From IMG/VR virus record IMGVR_UViG_3300021963_000097, positions 9,141 to 73,140 of that record: a DNA stretch of 64,000 nucleotides; one strand, given 5' to 3'. Under the pieces are notes generated by a model, which saw nothing but the letters and a program-made list of their open reading frames with translations, had not been told where the DNA came from and did no database searches. Position numbers and translations under genes: made by a program. Shown piece by piece: positions 49,875 through 60,815 of this stretch; within the stretch, counting starts at the first letter, position 1, and each line of letters starts with the position of its first letter. Source of the stretch: a virus.

Positions 49875-51131
49875 ATGGAGGAAACCATTTTTATACAAAT
49901 TGCTGCGTACCGGGATCCAGAATTAATTCCTACTATAAAAGATTGTATTGCTCGTGCAGCAAAGCCGGAGAGATTGCATTTCTGTATAGGGTGGCAACAT
50001 TCTCCCGAGGAAAATATAAACGAGCTTGCTGGTATACCTAATATTGTAATAATAGATATTCCTCACACCGAGACAAAAGGCGCTTGCTGGATACGCCGGA
50101 AAATACAGGAACAGTATAAAGGAGAAAAATACACCTTACAATTAGACTCTCATCATCGTTTTGTGCAAGATTGGGATAAAGCAGTGGTAAAAATGTATAA
50201 AGGGCTGGTAAAAGATGGGTATAAAAAACCCCTACTCACAGCTTATCTGTGTAGTTATGATCCTAAAAACGACCCTCAATCTAGATTAAACGAGGCTTGG
50301 CAAATTAATTATGATCGTTTCTTACCAGAGGGGCCTATATTTTTAAGACCCTCTACATTAAAGGGCTGGAAAGAGCTTACTAAACCAGTACCAAGCCGGG
50401 CGCTTTCAGCTCACTTTATTTTTACACGGGGGGAATTTTGTAACGAGGTACCTTATGATGAAGAGCTTTACTTTCATGGAGAAGAGATTTCTTTAGCAGT
50501 AAGAGCATATACCCATGGATATGATTTGTTTCATCCTCATATACCGCTTGTATGGCATCAGTACATCCGCGCTGGATCTAAAAAGCATTGGGACGACCAT
50601 CAAAATTGGGGTGCACTCAATAGTATTAGTTATAACAGAGTAAAAATACTATTAGGGGTTGATGGAGAAGATGGCAGTCAAATTAACTATGGCAAATTCG
50701 GTCTTGGTACAGAAAGAACTTTACAGCAGTTTGAAAGATATGCCGGGGTAAGCTTTAAAGATAGAAAGTTCCATAAAGACGTGGTTTCCGAAACTTTACC
50801 ACCAGTGAAGTATACAGACGAAGAGACCTTTCAAAAGGAGCTAACATGCATGTATAAATACTGTATAGATGTGTATCGGCCAAATTTACTAGAAAACGAT
50901 TACGACTTTTGGGTGGTGGTGTTTAAAGATAAAGATAATAATAATATGTTTCGTAAAGATGCAGATGCCCAAGAAATTGCTACTATTATGAGCTCTGACC
51001 CTAACGATAAGTTCGTACATATATGGAGAGAGTTTAATACAGAGTCTAAGCCATATAAATGGACTGTTTGGCCGCATAGTAAGTCTAAGGGGTGGGAAAC
51101 TAAAATTATAGAGAACGAAATTAAATACTGA
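49875..51131 (+). CDS. GT60-like (Skp1-hydroxyproline/polypeptide) GlcNAc transferase
   Basis: IFIQIAAYRDPEL..TI, GACW.R, LQLDSHHRF..DWD, YFHGEEI....R.YTHGYD.FHP. Confidence 0.85.
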   Translation: MEETIFIQIAAYRDPELIPTIKDCIARAAKPERLHFCIGWQHSPEENINELAGIPNIVIIDIPHTETKGACWIRRKIQEQYKGEKYTLQLDSHHRFVQDWDKAVVKMYKGLVKDGYKKPLLTAYLCSYDPKNDPQSRLNEAWQINYDRFLPEGPIFLRPSTLKGWKELTKPVPSRALSAHFIFTRGEFCNEVPYDEELYFHGEEISLAVRAYTHGYDLFHPHIPLVWHQYIRAGSKKHWDDHQNWGALNSISYNRVKILLGVDGEDGSQINYGKFGLGTERTLQQFERYAGVSFKDRKFHKDVVSETLPPVKYTDEETFQKELTCMYKYCIDVYRPNLLENDYDFWVVVFKDKDNNNMFRKDADAQEIATIMSSDPNDKFVHIWREFNTESKPYKWTVWPHSKSKGWETKIIENEIKY

Positions 51132-52399
51132 TGAAAACTGTAAAGAAAAATAATATTAAAGATAAGATCTTTGTACACCTACCAGCTTATAGAGATCCTG
51201 AATTGGTACCAACAATTAAAGATTGTCTTGCGCAAGCAAAATACCCAGAACGAATAGTGTTTGGTATATGCCGGCAGTACAATGAGAACGATAAGTTTGA
51301 CAATCTGGATGAGTTTCGGGATAATAAACAATTTAAACTCATCGAGATGGTTTATACCCAAGCTAAAGGTCTCCCATATGCCCGCAAGCTAATTAACGAG
51401 CTCATTACAGACGAAACCTATATATTACAGTTAGATTCTCATCACCGGTTTGTAAAAGACTGGGATGATACTCTACAACAGATGCATTTAGGTTTAGAAG
51501 AGAAGGGGTTTAAGCCGATTTTAACAGGGTATTTGCCGTACTATACTCCAAAGACCGATCCTGTGGGGCGGGCCATGGAACCATGGCAACAGCAATTTGT
51601 ATGCTTTTATCCGCACGGTACCATTTTTATTCGGCCCGCGTTACTTGCAGGGTGGCAACAAAGAACAGAACCAGTTCCTTCTCGGTTTATATCAGGTCAT
51701 TTTGCGTTTGCGCGTGCTAAGTGGGCCAAGGACGTAGTGCACGATCCAAATATATATTTTAGCGGTGAAGAAATTAACTTGACTGTCAGGTCATATACTC
51801 ATGGGTACGATTTATTTCATCCTCATAAGCTAGTGATATGGCACTCAACTATGCGAGAAGAACGTGGTGGTATTTTAAAGTGGGATGATGATTCTAAAAA
51901 CGGGGTAAGATGGGGCGAAATGCAAGATAGTTCTCGCAAGAGAATACGTACGTTATTTAAAGTTGAAAGTAACTCTGATATTAATTTAACGGGGTATGAA
52001 TTAGGAACTACGAGAACATTAGCTGATTATGAAGCATATGCAGGTATTAACTTTAAAGATAAAACGGTACAAAAATATACCCTAGAGAATGGGTTTCCAC
52101 CGACCCCGGTTGATAGTCCATGGTCTAAGTCATTTTATCATTTAGTTAATGTATATAATACGGAACTACCTGCCAAGGATTACAAATCGATATTAATTGC
52201 TTTTGATGATGAAAATGGTATCGGTATTCATTCTAAAAGTATTGAGGGTCAGGAATTACAGAACTTCTTAAAGGAAGGTAGACCTATTCATTATGAAGAG
52301 TATTTTCAATATTTTGATAAAAAGCCAGTTAAAATGGTTGCCTGGGGGTATAGCGAGACAAGAGGCTGGGCTGAAAGAGTAGAGAAGAAAATTTTATGA
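51131..52399 (+). CDS. GT60-like GlcNAc transferase, paralog 2
   Basis: IFVHLPAYRDPEL, LQLDSHHRFVKDWD, YFSGEEI...RSYTHGYDLFHP. Confidence 0.85.
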   Translation: MKTVKKNNIKDKIFVHLPAYRDPELVPTIKDCLAQAKYPERIVFGICRQYNENDKFDNLDEFRDNKQFKLIEMVYTQAKGLPYARKLINELITDETYILQLDSHHRFVKDWDDTLQQMHLGLEEKGFKPILTGYLPYYTPKTDPVGRAMEPWQQQFVCFYPHGTIFIRPALLAGWQQRTEPVPSRFISGHFAFARAKWAKDVVHDPNIYFSGEEINLTVRSYTHGYDLFHPHKLVIWHSTMREERGGILKWDDDSKNGVRWGEMQDSSRKRIRTLFKVESNSDINLTGYELGTTRTLADYEAYAGINFKDKTVQKYTLENGFPPTPVDSPWSKSFYHLVNVYNTELPAKDYKSILIAFDDENGIGIHSKSIEGQELQNFLKEGRPIHYEEYFQYFDKKPVKMVAWGYSETRGWAERVEKKIL

Positions 52400-53082
52400 A
52401 AAAAGAGCTACAGCTTAATGCTAATAACTTTAAAGTAACTACACATTATTGGAATCATGATAGATTAACCCCTGAAGAAAATAGTATACGCAATTACCCT
52501 GCACCATGGATACGTAAAACTATTGAATTCCTTAAATTAATTGAAGGTAAAACAGTAGTTGAGATCGGTTCTACTCGAATGGAGCTTACTCAAAACTGTA
52601 TTGCTTACCATGATAGTAGTTATAATTTGCTATCTAAAGATGCACCGCCTTGCTGTCAAGATGGACATTCTACATATTTTTGGGTCCGTGAGGGGTTTGA
52701 AGTACATACAGTAGATATTGATCCGAGATGTAAAGAAATTTTATTATCTCAATACGAGTATCATATTAAACAGCCGGTACCTTCTAACTTACATATTCAC
52801 ATACCTCAGGATGGTATTTCATTTTTACAAAATTTTCCAGGCAAAATTGATCTATTATATCTAGATGGCTGGGACAAAGGTACGCATGAATATGCTGAAA
52901 ATCACTTAAAAGCATACATGGCTGCAAAGGATAAGCTCGCGCCAAGACATTTAGTTTCTATTGATGATACCGACTTTAATACAGATAGTGCCGGTAAGGA
53001 TAAACTTTTAACCCCTCACCTAATTAACGAGGGTTATACTCGTTTGCTTTGTGGCCGCCAAAGTGTGTTTTATAAAGAATAA
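52396..53082 (+). CDS. Class I SAM-dependent methyltransferase (Methyltransf_24-like)
   Basis: VVEIGS, TVDID, IDLLYLDG, IDD motifs. Confidence 0.8.
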   Translation: MKKELQLNANNFKVTTHYWNHDRLTPEENSIRNYPAPWIRKTIEFLKLIEGKTVVEIGSTRMELTQNCIAYHDSSYNLLSKDAPPCCQDGHSTYFWVREGFEVHTVDIDPRCKEILLSQYEYHIKQPVPSNLHIHIPQDGISFLQNFPGKIDLLYLDGWDKGTHEYAENHLKAYMAAKDKLAPRHLVSIDDTDFNTDSAGKDKLLTPHLINEGYTRLLCGRQSVFYKE

Positions 53083-53131
53083 CACGGCACACTACAAGTG
53101 GCCATATAGATAGTATAGTTTAAATAAAATT

Positions 53132-53935
53132 ATGCCTCAAGTGATTTTAACTCTTACTACCATACCAACTCGTTTGCAAGGTACTAATGAGCATGGTTTT
53201 AAGGCTTGTATAGATTCTTTATTAAATCAAACATATGAAAATTATGAAATACACTTTAATATACCGGATATAAACAAAATAACAGAAATACCTTATGTTA
53301 TTCCGGATTGGCTTAATGATTTATCTTTAAAAAATCCCCGTTTAAAAATATTTCGAGTAGAAGATCTAGGGCCTATTACAAAAATAGTTTCGACTCTACT
53401 ACGGGTAGAAGATCCAGATGCTATTATTATTACAGTTGATGATGATCTTGTGTATAATACTGAAATGGTAAAAGAACAAGTTGCAAACCAATATAAGTTT
53501 CCTGGCTGCGCAATTGGGTATGATGGGCTAGGAATTGTAACTCCTGTTTTTAATGATGTAAGGGATCATTACGTGGTTTCAGTTAACGGCAACCACTTAG
53601 TTAAAGTATTGCAGGCCTATAAGACTATTTCTTATCGAAGACATTATTTTCAACAAGATTATTTTACAGATTTTGTAGGAAAATCGTGGAATGATGATCT
53701 GATTAACGCTGCTTACTTAGCATCAAGAAACATTAAGAGAATGGTTACTTTCCATCCTTCTGATCCGGTTTTAAAAACAATAGAGGAATGGCGCGCTCAA
53801 GGCGGGGTAATAACTTTTCCTGTGCTTAAACATACCTACCATGACTCTTTTGAAGGTTGTAATATTCTGAGACAAAACAAAGTAGATGATAATGGGTCTT
53901 GGGTTTATAAACATATTGAAGGTCAAAAATATTAA
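53132..53935 (+). CDS. GT-A fold glycosyltransferase
   Basis: LTLTTIPTR...DLGPITK...IITVDDDLVY...DD.I. Confidence 0.75.
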   Translation: MPQVILTLTTIPTRLQGTNEHGFKACIDSLLNQTYENYEIHFNIPDINKITEIPYVIPDWLNDLSLKNPRLKIFRVEDLGPITKIVSTLLRVEDPDAIIITVDDDLVYNTEMVKEQVANQYKFPGCAIGYDGLGIVTPVFNDVRDHYVVSVNGNHLVKVLQAYKTISYRRHYFQQDYFTDFVGKSWNDDLINAAYLASRNIKRMVTFHPSDPVLKTIEEWRAQGGVITFPVLKHTYHDSFEGCNILRQNKVDDNGSWVYKHIEGQKY

Positions 53936-53937
53936 TA

Positions 53938-55626
53938 ATGAGTAAAGATTTAACAGTAGTAACAGGTCTTTGGAATATAAACCGACCCGGACGAGACTTT
54001 AATCACTATATTGAGAATTTTAATAAGTTGCTTGATATAGATGTTAATCTTTTCGTTTATGTACCAGCCTCGCTAGAACACTTAGTATGGGCTAAACGAA
54101 AAAAAGAAAATACGTTTGTAAAAGTTTACGAGCTAGACAACGTAAAAAACCTTTACAGTCCGTTTTGGGATAAAACTCAAAAAATAAGAACAGACCCAAA
54201 TTGGTTCAATCAAACTGGCGAGGGTGGTTGGTTGTCTAACAGCCCACAGGCTGTTTGTGAGTGGTATAATCCAATTGTCATGAGTAAAATGTTCATGCTT
54301 CATGATGTTACTATATGGGACCCCTTCTCATCAAAACACTTTATTTGGCTAGATGCAGGTATAACAAATACAGTATATGAAAAATATTTTACTGAAAATA
54401 GAGTGCTTGATAGTATTAGTTCTTTACTGGATCCGTTTTTATTCCTTTGCTATCCTTACCATACTAATAATGAAATACATGGGTTTAAGAAAGACGCTAT
54501 AGATAAATTTGCTCAAGCGAATGTACAACTAGTCGGTCGCGGCGGGTTGTTTGGGGGTACTAAACAAGCTATACATGAAGCAAATGGATTATATTATGCC
54601 CTTGTAGATCGTAGTTTATCAGAGGGGTATATGGGTACAGAAGAAAGTATTTTTTCTATTATGACCTATTTGTATCCGGAGACGTATAGACGATATATGT
54701 TGGATGAAAATGGGCTTATTATTAAGTTTATACAAGAGCTTGCTGATAAAAAACCAGCGTTAGAGCCAATACCAGAAGAAAGAACCGCTAATAAACACGT
54801 AAATGTTGATTTAACTAAAGTTAAAACTGCAATTTATATTCTTACGTTTAATTTCCCGCAACAATTGCGTACATTGTTAAAAAGCTTAGAAAAATACCCA
54901 GAGTGGCTTCAAGAAACAGAAAAAATCCTTATTGATAACTCAACTGATCCAATAGCTAAAGCAGAGAATCAAAAAATCGCGCAAGAGTATCAATTTATCC
55001 ATTATAAACATTTTGATAATATTGGTATTTGCGGAGGGAGACAATATGCTGCAGAACATTTTGATACTACCGATAATAATTTTTACGTGTTTTTTGAAGA
55101 TGATATGTGTTTGCATGAACCTAGTAGCGGTACCTGTCGTAACGGATTTCGGTTCCATGTACCTAATCTTTTCGAGAAAATACAAAAGATTATGCTTAAA
55201 GAAAAATTTGATTTTCTTAAGCTATCTTTTACTGAAGTATACATGGATAATCATATACAGTGTTCCTGGTATAATGTTCCTCAGTCAGTTCGTACTCAAA
55301 TATGGCCAAGTTATGATAAGTTACCAGTGAATGGTTTAGATCCTAATACTCCACGTACAGAATTTAACAAAATTAATGTATATGAAGAGTTAGCATATAT
55401 TGAAGGAGACGTTTATTATGCTAACTGGCCTTTAATTACTAGTAAAGAGGGTAACCGTAAAATGTTCCTCAACACTAAGTGGGCTCATCCGTATGAGCAG
55501 ACTTGGATGTCCCATATGTTTCAAGAGACCCGCAAAGGTAATATGAAAACTGCAGTGCTTTTAGCTTCTCCTATTAATCATAATAGAATAGTATGGTATA
55601 AACCACACGAGAGAAAAGAAAATTAA
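53938..55626 (+). CDS. HtrL/WlaTC-like glycosyltransferase fused to a GT-A domain
   Basis: TVVTGLW.I.R, SKMF.L, WLDAG, GGLFGG, GTEE; C-terminal LIDNS...FFEDD. Confidence 0.75.
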   Translation: MSKDLTVVTGLWNINRPGRDFNHYIENFNKLLDIDVNLFVYVPASLEHLVWAKRKKENTFVKVYELDNVKNLYSPFWDKTQKIRTDPNWFNQTGEGGWLSNSPQAVCEWYNPIVMSKMFMLHDVTIWDPFSSKHFIWLDAGITNTVYEKYFTENRVLDSISSLLDPFLFLCYPYHTNNEIHGFKKDAIDKFAQANVQLVGRGGLFGGTKQAIHEANGLYYALVDRSLSEGYMGTEESIFSIMTYLYPETYRRYMLDENGLIIKFIQELADKKPALEPIPEERTANKHVNVDLTKVKTAIYILTFNFPQQLRTLLKSLEKYPEWLQETEKILIDNSTDPIAKAENQKIAQEYQFIHYKHFDNIGICGGRQYAAEHFDTTDNNFYVFFEDDMCLHEPSSGTCRNGFRFHVPNLFEKIQKIMLKEKFDFLKLSFTEVYMDNHIQCSWYNVPQSVRTQIWPSYDKLPVNGLDPNTPRTEFNKINVYEELAYIEGDVYYANWPLITSKEGNRKMFLNTKWAHPYEQTWMSHMFQETRKGNMKTAVLLASPINHNRIVWYKPHERKEN

Positions 55627-55629
55627 TAA

Positions 55630-55770
55630 TTACTTCTTTACCTCTTTTGCTGCTATTAGTTTTACTTCTTCCGGTTTAGGCTTATCCTTCCGGAAGATAT
55701 TATCATAATTATCAGCGTACTCTTCGTACTTTACTGATAGTGGACGTGTTTTGCTTCCTTTGCCTGCCAT
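55630..55770 (-). CDS. Small conserved phage protein (46 aa; not in ORF track)
   Basis: MAGKGSKTRPLSV..EEY.DNYDNIFRK motif recalled from many phages; abuts the upstream gene. Confidence 0.65.
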   Translation of the reverse strand: MAGKGSKTRPLSVKYEEYADNYDNIFRKDKPKPEEVKLIAAKEVKK

Positions 55771-55771
55771 A

Positions 55772-56257
55772 TTATTCCCTCGGTAAGACGTTATCGGTGG
55801 TGACTATGAACAATGGCTCTTTAGTCTTAATTTTTACATTATAAGGCTTAAAGAACTTACTACCAACAGCGTCAATAGCTTGACCGATGTTACGTACTGG
55901 ATAGCGCTGACCTTTCTTAGATGCATTGTAGTTATAAGCTGCTTTCTTAATACCTTCTACTACATCGCGAACTTCTTCGTCTTCTGGAATCTGGAGAACC
56001 CAGCCCGTAAGATCTTTCTTAATTAAGCCCTCTGAGTCTGAAACCAAGATAACAAACTGTTGTTTAGCTTTAGGTACATCACTCTCTTCTTTTTCGTTTA
56101 CAGAATCTTCAGTAGCTTCTGGAGTCTCAGTTTCATCTACTGATAGTGTAGATGCTCCTAAGAGCTTGAGAACCTCTTCAATAGCGTTCTCATCTTTAAC
56201 GAACTGTTCGAGAGCTGTACGAACAGCTTCGAGTTGGACATATTCTTGATGGCTCAT
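55772..56257 (-). CDS. Hypothetical protein
   Basis: 161-aa ORF overlapping the guaC stop (ATGA coupling). Confidence 0.65.
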   Translation of the reverse strand: MSHQEYVQLEAVRTALEQFVKDENAIEEVLKLLGASTLSVDETETPEATEDSVNEKEESDVPKAKQQFVILVSDSEGLIKKDLTGWVLQIPEDEEVRDVVEGIKKAAYNYNASKKGQRYPVRNIGQAIDAVGSKFFKPYNVKIKTKEPLFIVTTDNVLPRE

Positions 56258-57201
56258 GATGTTATAATGTTATATTTTATTCTTGATAAATCAAGCGCAA
56301 AAAGGTCTTTACCCCCACTATATGAAATAGCGGATTGGATATCTTCTTTAATCTCGCGGACCTTACATGCTATAGTGTTAGATGGTGTGAGATGGGTAGT
56401 GAATCCCTCGATATTCCTGACGTACCCCTTGTTTCTTTCAGAAGCACTACCGTAATACTCTTTTTTACCGTTCACGATTACCGCAGGACTATCCGAGCAG
56501 GCAGCAAACATTCCACCTAACATTACAAAGGTAGCTCCTGCTACTAAGGCCTTTACGATATCCCCGTTCTCTCTAAAACCGCCATCTGCAATAATAGGCA
56601 CGGGAGATGCAGCAGCGCAATCTTTAACCGCTGTAAACATAGGTACATGAAAACCAGTCTTATTCTTAGTGGAACAGACCTGACCCGGACCAATTCCTAC
56701 TTTAACTATATCAGCACCCCATTCAGCAAGGTCTTTAGTACCTTCAGGAGTAGTTACATTACCTGCTATAATAATAGTGTCTGGAAACACGTTACGAGTG
56801 TATCCAATCATATCTTTCATTAATTTGCTATGTCCATGTGCAATATCAATACAAATGCAGGTAGGGGCATAGATATACTCGTGCAATTCAGCTTTATCTT
56901 TATCTTTAACACCAATACTAATAGCTTTCCAATCGCCCACGATTCTATTAAGAAACTCGGTATTGGACATATCAAACCGGTTCATAATAGGTATGACCCC
57001 AGAGTTATTATATACTGGATAAGTTTCATAGCTGATTACCGAGCTCATATTAGAGGGCATTACCGGCAAGCTAAACTTAAAGTCTTTAATCTTAACTGTA
57101 GTATCTGCTAAGGCTCGCGACTCAAGATCGCTGTAATTAGGAACTAAGTATATATCTTTATACCCTAAAGCATGAGTATACTCATTGTATTCGGTCGTCA
57201 T
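56254..57201 (-). CDS. guaC: GMP reductase
   Basis: [40 protein letters not shown]; no CBS domains. Confidence 0.9.
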   Translation of the reverse strand: MTTEYNEYTHALGYKDIYLVPNYSDLESRALADTTVKIKDFKFSLPVMPSNMSSVISYETYPVYNNSGVIPIMNRFDMSNTEFLNRIVGDWKAISIGVKDKDKAELHEYIYAPTCICIDIAHGHSKLMKDMIGYTRNVFPDTIIIAGNVTTPEGTKDLAEWGADIVKVGIGPGQVCSTKNKTGFHVPMFTAVKDCAAASPVPIIADGGFRENGDIVKALVAGATFVMLGGMFAACSDSPAVIVNGKKEYYGSASERNKGYVRNIEGFTTHLTPSNTIACKVREIKEDIQSAISYSGGKDLFALDLSRIKYNIITS

Positions 57202-57227
57202 AGAGATAAGTATTATAAAATACGTTT

Positions 57228-57464
57228 ATGAAATTTCAAGCACTTTTAGAGAATTATGGGATGATAAGACAGGAAAAAAGAATGTTTTATCCACGCAATT
57301 TTAACCTATCTGAAAGGTTTTTAAAAGCTCTTAGAGAAGAACTAATACTTCAAGAAAAAGCGGGAGTAATGCCCGAAAAGTTTTCTCATAAATTAAATAG
57401 AGCTCTTGAGTTTCATATTAAAGAGCATAAAGCGGCGGTTGCAAAGAGAACGGCGAATAGTTAA
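57228..57464 (+). CDS. Hypothetical protein
   Basis: MKFQALLENY N-terminus; TAAGTA upstream. Confidence 0.55.
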   Translation: MKFQALLENYGMIRQEKRMFYPRNFNLSERFLKALREELILQEKAGVMPEKFSHKLNRALEFHIKEHKAAVAKRTANS

Positions 57465-57506
57465 TACGCGTTATAGAAATAACTAGGGGTTAAGGTAAGT
57501 CTAGGC

Positions 57507-58298
57507 GTGGTTACAATTCAATACGGGGGGCGTTTAGGTAATAATATGTTTAGTTACGTTCCTGGCTACATATTTGCTAAAAAGCACTCATATAAAATTG
57601 GTACTGAAGCTGCCCACGGAATGGATGCTAATGCTTATGACGGACTAAACAAACTAGTGTTTTATAATAATTTTGGAAAGTATTTTAATATCGATACGAG
57701 TTTTGGTATAAACGAATATAGTACGTACGAACACCCACGAGTAAAAATATACAATGCAGACGTAATGGCATTACTCGACGCATCCTCGGTTCCTCCTGCT
57801 CATTATATATTTGAAGACTGGTTTCAAATTCCTGAGTTTGTACTTAAATACCGAGAAGAAATTCGTGGCGCATATAACCCTCAATACAGAGAAAGAGATC
57901 CTCAAGAGCTATTTGTATCAGTTAGACTTGGAGATATACTTGGACGACGAGCAGTATTACCATTAGAGTACTATTTTGAAGCTATCGAAAGAGTAACGTT
58001 CACCAAAGGCTATATCTCATCTGATACTATGGGGCATCCCTGGGTAGATCTATTAATTAAGCGTTATGGGTTGATACCTTATGTTAATAACGACCCTCTT
58101 GTAAAGCTGGATTTTGCTAAAGACTTTAATCAGCTAGTACTAAGTGAAGGTACGTATTGTTGGTGGATGGGAGCTTTGAGTAAAGCTAAAGTTATTATTT
58201 GTAACAACCGACATGAGAAGTATTCCTGGCATGGTAATATATTTGTATACCCAGACTGGGTAACTCTTAATTACGATAGTGCAGAAACAGTACAATAA
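57507..58298 (+). CDS. GT11-like alpha-1,2-fucosyltransferase
   Basis: GRLGNNMF, SVRLGD, YY..AI, SSD, S.GTYCWW motifs. Confidence 0.8.
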   Translation: MVTIQYGGRLGNNMFSYVPGYIFAKKHSYKIGTEAAHGMDANAYDGLNKLVFYNNFGKYFNIDTSFGINEYSTYEHPRVKIYNADVMALLDASSVPPAHYIFEDWFQIPEFVLKYREEIRGAYNPQYRERDPQELFVSVRLGDILGRRAVLPLEYYFEAIERVTFTKGYISSDTMGHPWVDLLIKRYGLIPYVNNDPLVKLDFAKDFNQLVLSEGTYCWWMGALSKAKVIICNNRHEKYSWHGNIFVYPDWVTLNYDSAETVQ

Positions 58299-58324
58299 AA
58301 AACCCCCGAGTTGCCTCAGGGGTT
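58297..58324 (-). terminator. Rho-independent terminator between convergent genes
   Basis: AACCCC.GAG-TTGC-CTC.GGGGTT with an A6 tract on +. Confidence 0.7.
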
Positions 58325-58348
58325 AATTGTTTAATTTTTAAACTACTA

Positions 58349-59065
58349 TTAGAGCTTGACGCTATAGCCAACGCTATAACCAGTAACTCTCTTAGAGTCA
58401 CTTGAAAGCCCGCTACTTTGTACAAAGAGATCAGCACCAAAGGTACCGCCTAATGCATTGTAAGCTAGACCGACCCCAGCTGTATAATACTTGTCCACAG
58501 ACTTAAGAGCATCTACTGTAGCAGCTTCTGGATTGTTAAAACCAACGCCAAATGCTGGAACAATCTTAACGGTCTTAGAGCCGATTGGTAATCTGATATT
58601 AGCTTCATAATTTGAGTTATGATTCTTTGTATCAAATAAAGCAGTTACATCCCAAGGGAAGGCTTTAAACACTTTACCACCAACTGTTACGTATGGTAAA
58701 ACATTATTTTGAATACCACCGAGAGCAGCTGACTTACTTGCGTTCTTAAAAACCCCACCAACTGTTACATCAGCAACAGTAGAATTAAGTTTATAAGATG
58801 CGACGACATCGACGCGTTTAAACAACCCTGAGTTTGAAAGCTCCTTGCCGCCAAGACCCTCGCTTGTTTCATAGGTACTGAAGCTATTGACCCCGAGGCC
58901 AAAACTCCCTACCTCTACGTTTGCACCAGCAACAATTTGATTGTTGCCAGTTACTACACCCTGTTCAATAAGTTTTGATTTAAAACCAACGTCAACTGAG
59001 CTCGTGAAAGCAGAAGCAACGCTGGCAATAGAAGCCAAAACCATAATTTTAATTAATTTATTCAT
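58349..59065 (-). CDS. Outer-membrane beta-barrel protein with signal peptide
   Basis: MNKLIK-hydrophobic-ASA signal; alternating amphipathic strands; C-terminal GYSVGYSVKL beta-signal. Confidence 0.7.
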   Translation of the reverse strand: MNKLIKIMVLASIASVASAFTSSVDVGFKSKLIEQGVVTGNNQIVAGANVEVGSFGLGVNSFSTYETSEGLGGKELSNSGLFKRVDVVASYKLNSTVADVTVGGVFKNASKSAALGGIQNNVLPYVTVGGKVFKAFPWDVTALFDTKNHNSNYEANIRLPIGSKTVKIVPAFGVGFNNPEAATVDALKSVDKYYTAGVGLAYNALGGTFGADLFVQSSGLSSDSKRVTGYSVGYSVKL

Positions 59066-59139
59066 GCTTTAATATTTAATACTTTTCACCTAAGAAATCA
59101 ACGTTAATTAATAATTTCTTTGTAGGGATATACTTAAAT

Positions 59140-59214
59140 TGGTACCGCTACGGAGAATCGAACTCCGATTAACGAGATGAAAACCCGTTGTACTAACCGT
59201 TATACGATAGCGGC
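59140..59214 (-). tRNA. tRNA-Glu(UUC)
   Basis: Cloverleaf; anticodon arm ACGGG-TTTTCAT-CTCGT; encoded CCA. Confidence 0.92.
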
Positions 59215-59224
59215 AAAAATTAAA

Positions 59225-60121
59225 TTAACAAATTAAACCAACTTTACCGTCAGGTCCATGACCTGGAGGGTTTTCTCCTACCCAGCGCTCATCAATGGGC
59301 TCGGAAGCTTTTTGATAACGACTGTCACTAGAGAGTCTCAAACTATCGGGCACTTGATTATCTAGAGCTGCATGAACCGTTAACATATTAAATGTTAATA
59401 AGTCTCCAGCTTTATAATCTGCTACTAACCACTTATGACCAAATTTGTTACGTATTGCAGGTGGGTTATGCGACAATGTACCAGAAAATACCCACTCCCC
59501 ATTCTCTACCTTAGCAAGATCTTCTTTTTTATTCTTACAATACACATCAACATCTCGATATGCATATTTTTTTAAGATATCTAATCGTTTATGGGACTTT
59601 TCTAAAATCATTAAACCCCCTAACTCATATGGAACATCTCCGTAAGGTACCCAGCATGTCATTTGATTATGAGTGCCTCTACCCATATACGGTAAGTCAC
59701 AATGTGGGTTTGTACCTTTACCAGGCCCAATTGCTCTTAACCAAGTGTAGTCATAAGGACGTACTTCTTCTCCAAAAATTAATTTATAAAAATCCATTAT
59801 CTTGCCTGTATAGAGAAGCTTTTGTAAGGGTTCGCATTCTTTAGCAATTTCTGGCTTAAACCCAACACCATCAATCTTCTCTAATAAAGCGGAACGTACA
59901 TTTAATACTTCTTCTCTTTCAAAGAAACCTTTAATATAAAGATACCCTGAATCATTATACCTTCTACGTAACTCAATACTATTATTAATAATATCAGATG
60001 AATCTCTCATCTCACCAATCTTATCATAACTCATATCAAGTTCATGACCATATGAAACCATTTGAGGTAGTTCGGGACCTGGTTGAGGATAAGCTGAATT
60101 TGTGTGGGGGTTTATAGGCAT
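59225..60121 (-). CDS. Phytanoyl-CoA dioxygenase (PhyH)-family Fe(II)/2OG oxygenase
   Basis: GYLYIKGFF, PHCD, TCWVP.GD, GGLMILE.SH, AGDLLTF...VHA..N...RLSSD.RY. Confidence 0.88.
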   Translation of the reverse strand: MPINPHTNSAYPQPGPELPQMVSYGHELDMSYDKIGEMRDSSDIINNSIELRRRYNDSGYLYIKGFFEREEVLNVRSALLEKIDGVGFKPEIAKECEPLQKLLYTGKIMDFYKLIFGEEVRPYDYTWLRAIGPGKGTNPHCDLPYMGRGTHNQMTCWVPYGDVPYELGGLMILEKSHKRLDILKKYAYRDVDVYCKNKKEDLAKVENGEWVFSGTLSHNPPAIRNKFGHKWLVADYKAGDLLTFNMLTVHAALDNQVPDSLRLSSDSRYQKASEPIDERWVGENPPGHGPDGKVGLIC

Positions 60122-60144
60122 ATAATATATAGAGACGGAAAATA

Positions 60145-60759
60145 CTATCTGTTATTATTAACAAATACTAACCAAGAGATTAAAATAGTCTTGTCGCTAG
60201 ACAAAGGTACATTACCTTTATGTATATATGGAAACCCGGCAGGGTGTACTAAAAGTTTACCCTTTTCGGGTTTAATTTTTTGTCCAGTATATAGCATTTC
60301 AGTCTCGCCTCCTTCCTCTACATCATTAAGATACACTAGTAAAGCAAAAAACCGACGAGACATTTTAAACGTACCCCCTTCGTGGTGCCAAGCATTATAG
60401 TGGCCAGTACTTTTTTTATATCTCTGTACCTGTAAAGAAATAAATGTTGTTGGCTCAATAAAATTTGTCATTCCTGGAAATTGATCTTGATGAGGAAAGC
60501 CAGTAATATATTTTTTTACACAATCATTAAATATATTGTATATTTCATTACTGGCACTCAATGCTACTGAGTCTATTTTTGATTGCTTTATTAAATCAAA
60601 GTCCACTGTGTCTTTAACTGTTTTATCCACCCCTCTACCAGTCGTGCCTTCGTATGTAGTGCCTGTTGTAAGAGCAGTGTCATACATTTTCAATAATGTG
60701 TCACAAAGCTCATTAGAAAATGCCTTTGGATATATACCTATAGTATCTTGTAGTAGCAT
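60145..60759 (-). CDS. Prolyl-4-hydroxylase-like Fe(II)/2OG oxygenase
   Basis: QRY...WHHE...R....LVYLNDVEEGGET...KPEKG.L...P....YIH.G..P....K. Confidence 0.88.
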   Translation of the reverse strand: MLLQDTIGIYPKAFSNELCDTLLKMYDTALTTGTTYEGTTGRGVDKTVKDTVDFDLIKQSKIDSVALSASNEIYNIFNDCVKKYITGFPHQDQFPGMTNFIEPTTFISLQVQRYKKSTGHYNAWHHEGGTFKMSRRFFALLVYLNDVEEGGETEMLYTGQKIKPEKGKLLVHPAGFPYIHKGNVPLSSDKTILISWLVFVNNNR

Positions 60760-60815
60760 AATACATTATTTACTCGGTTAATAAAAATATCAAATAACTA
60801 GCTAGTCAGGTAAAA

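Noticed and set aside
56254-57201. IMP dehydrogenase (guaB) call, or novelty of this gene
   Set aside because: Short length and IDIAHGH context fit GMP reductase; nucleotide-pool genes are common in large phages
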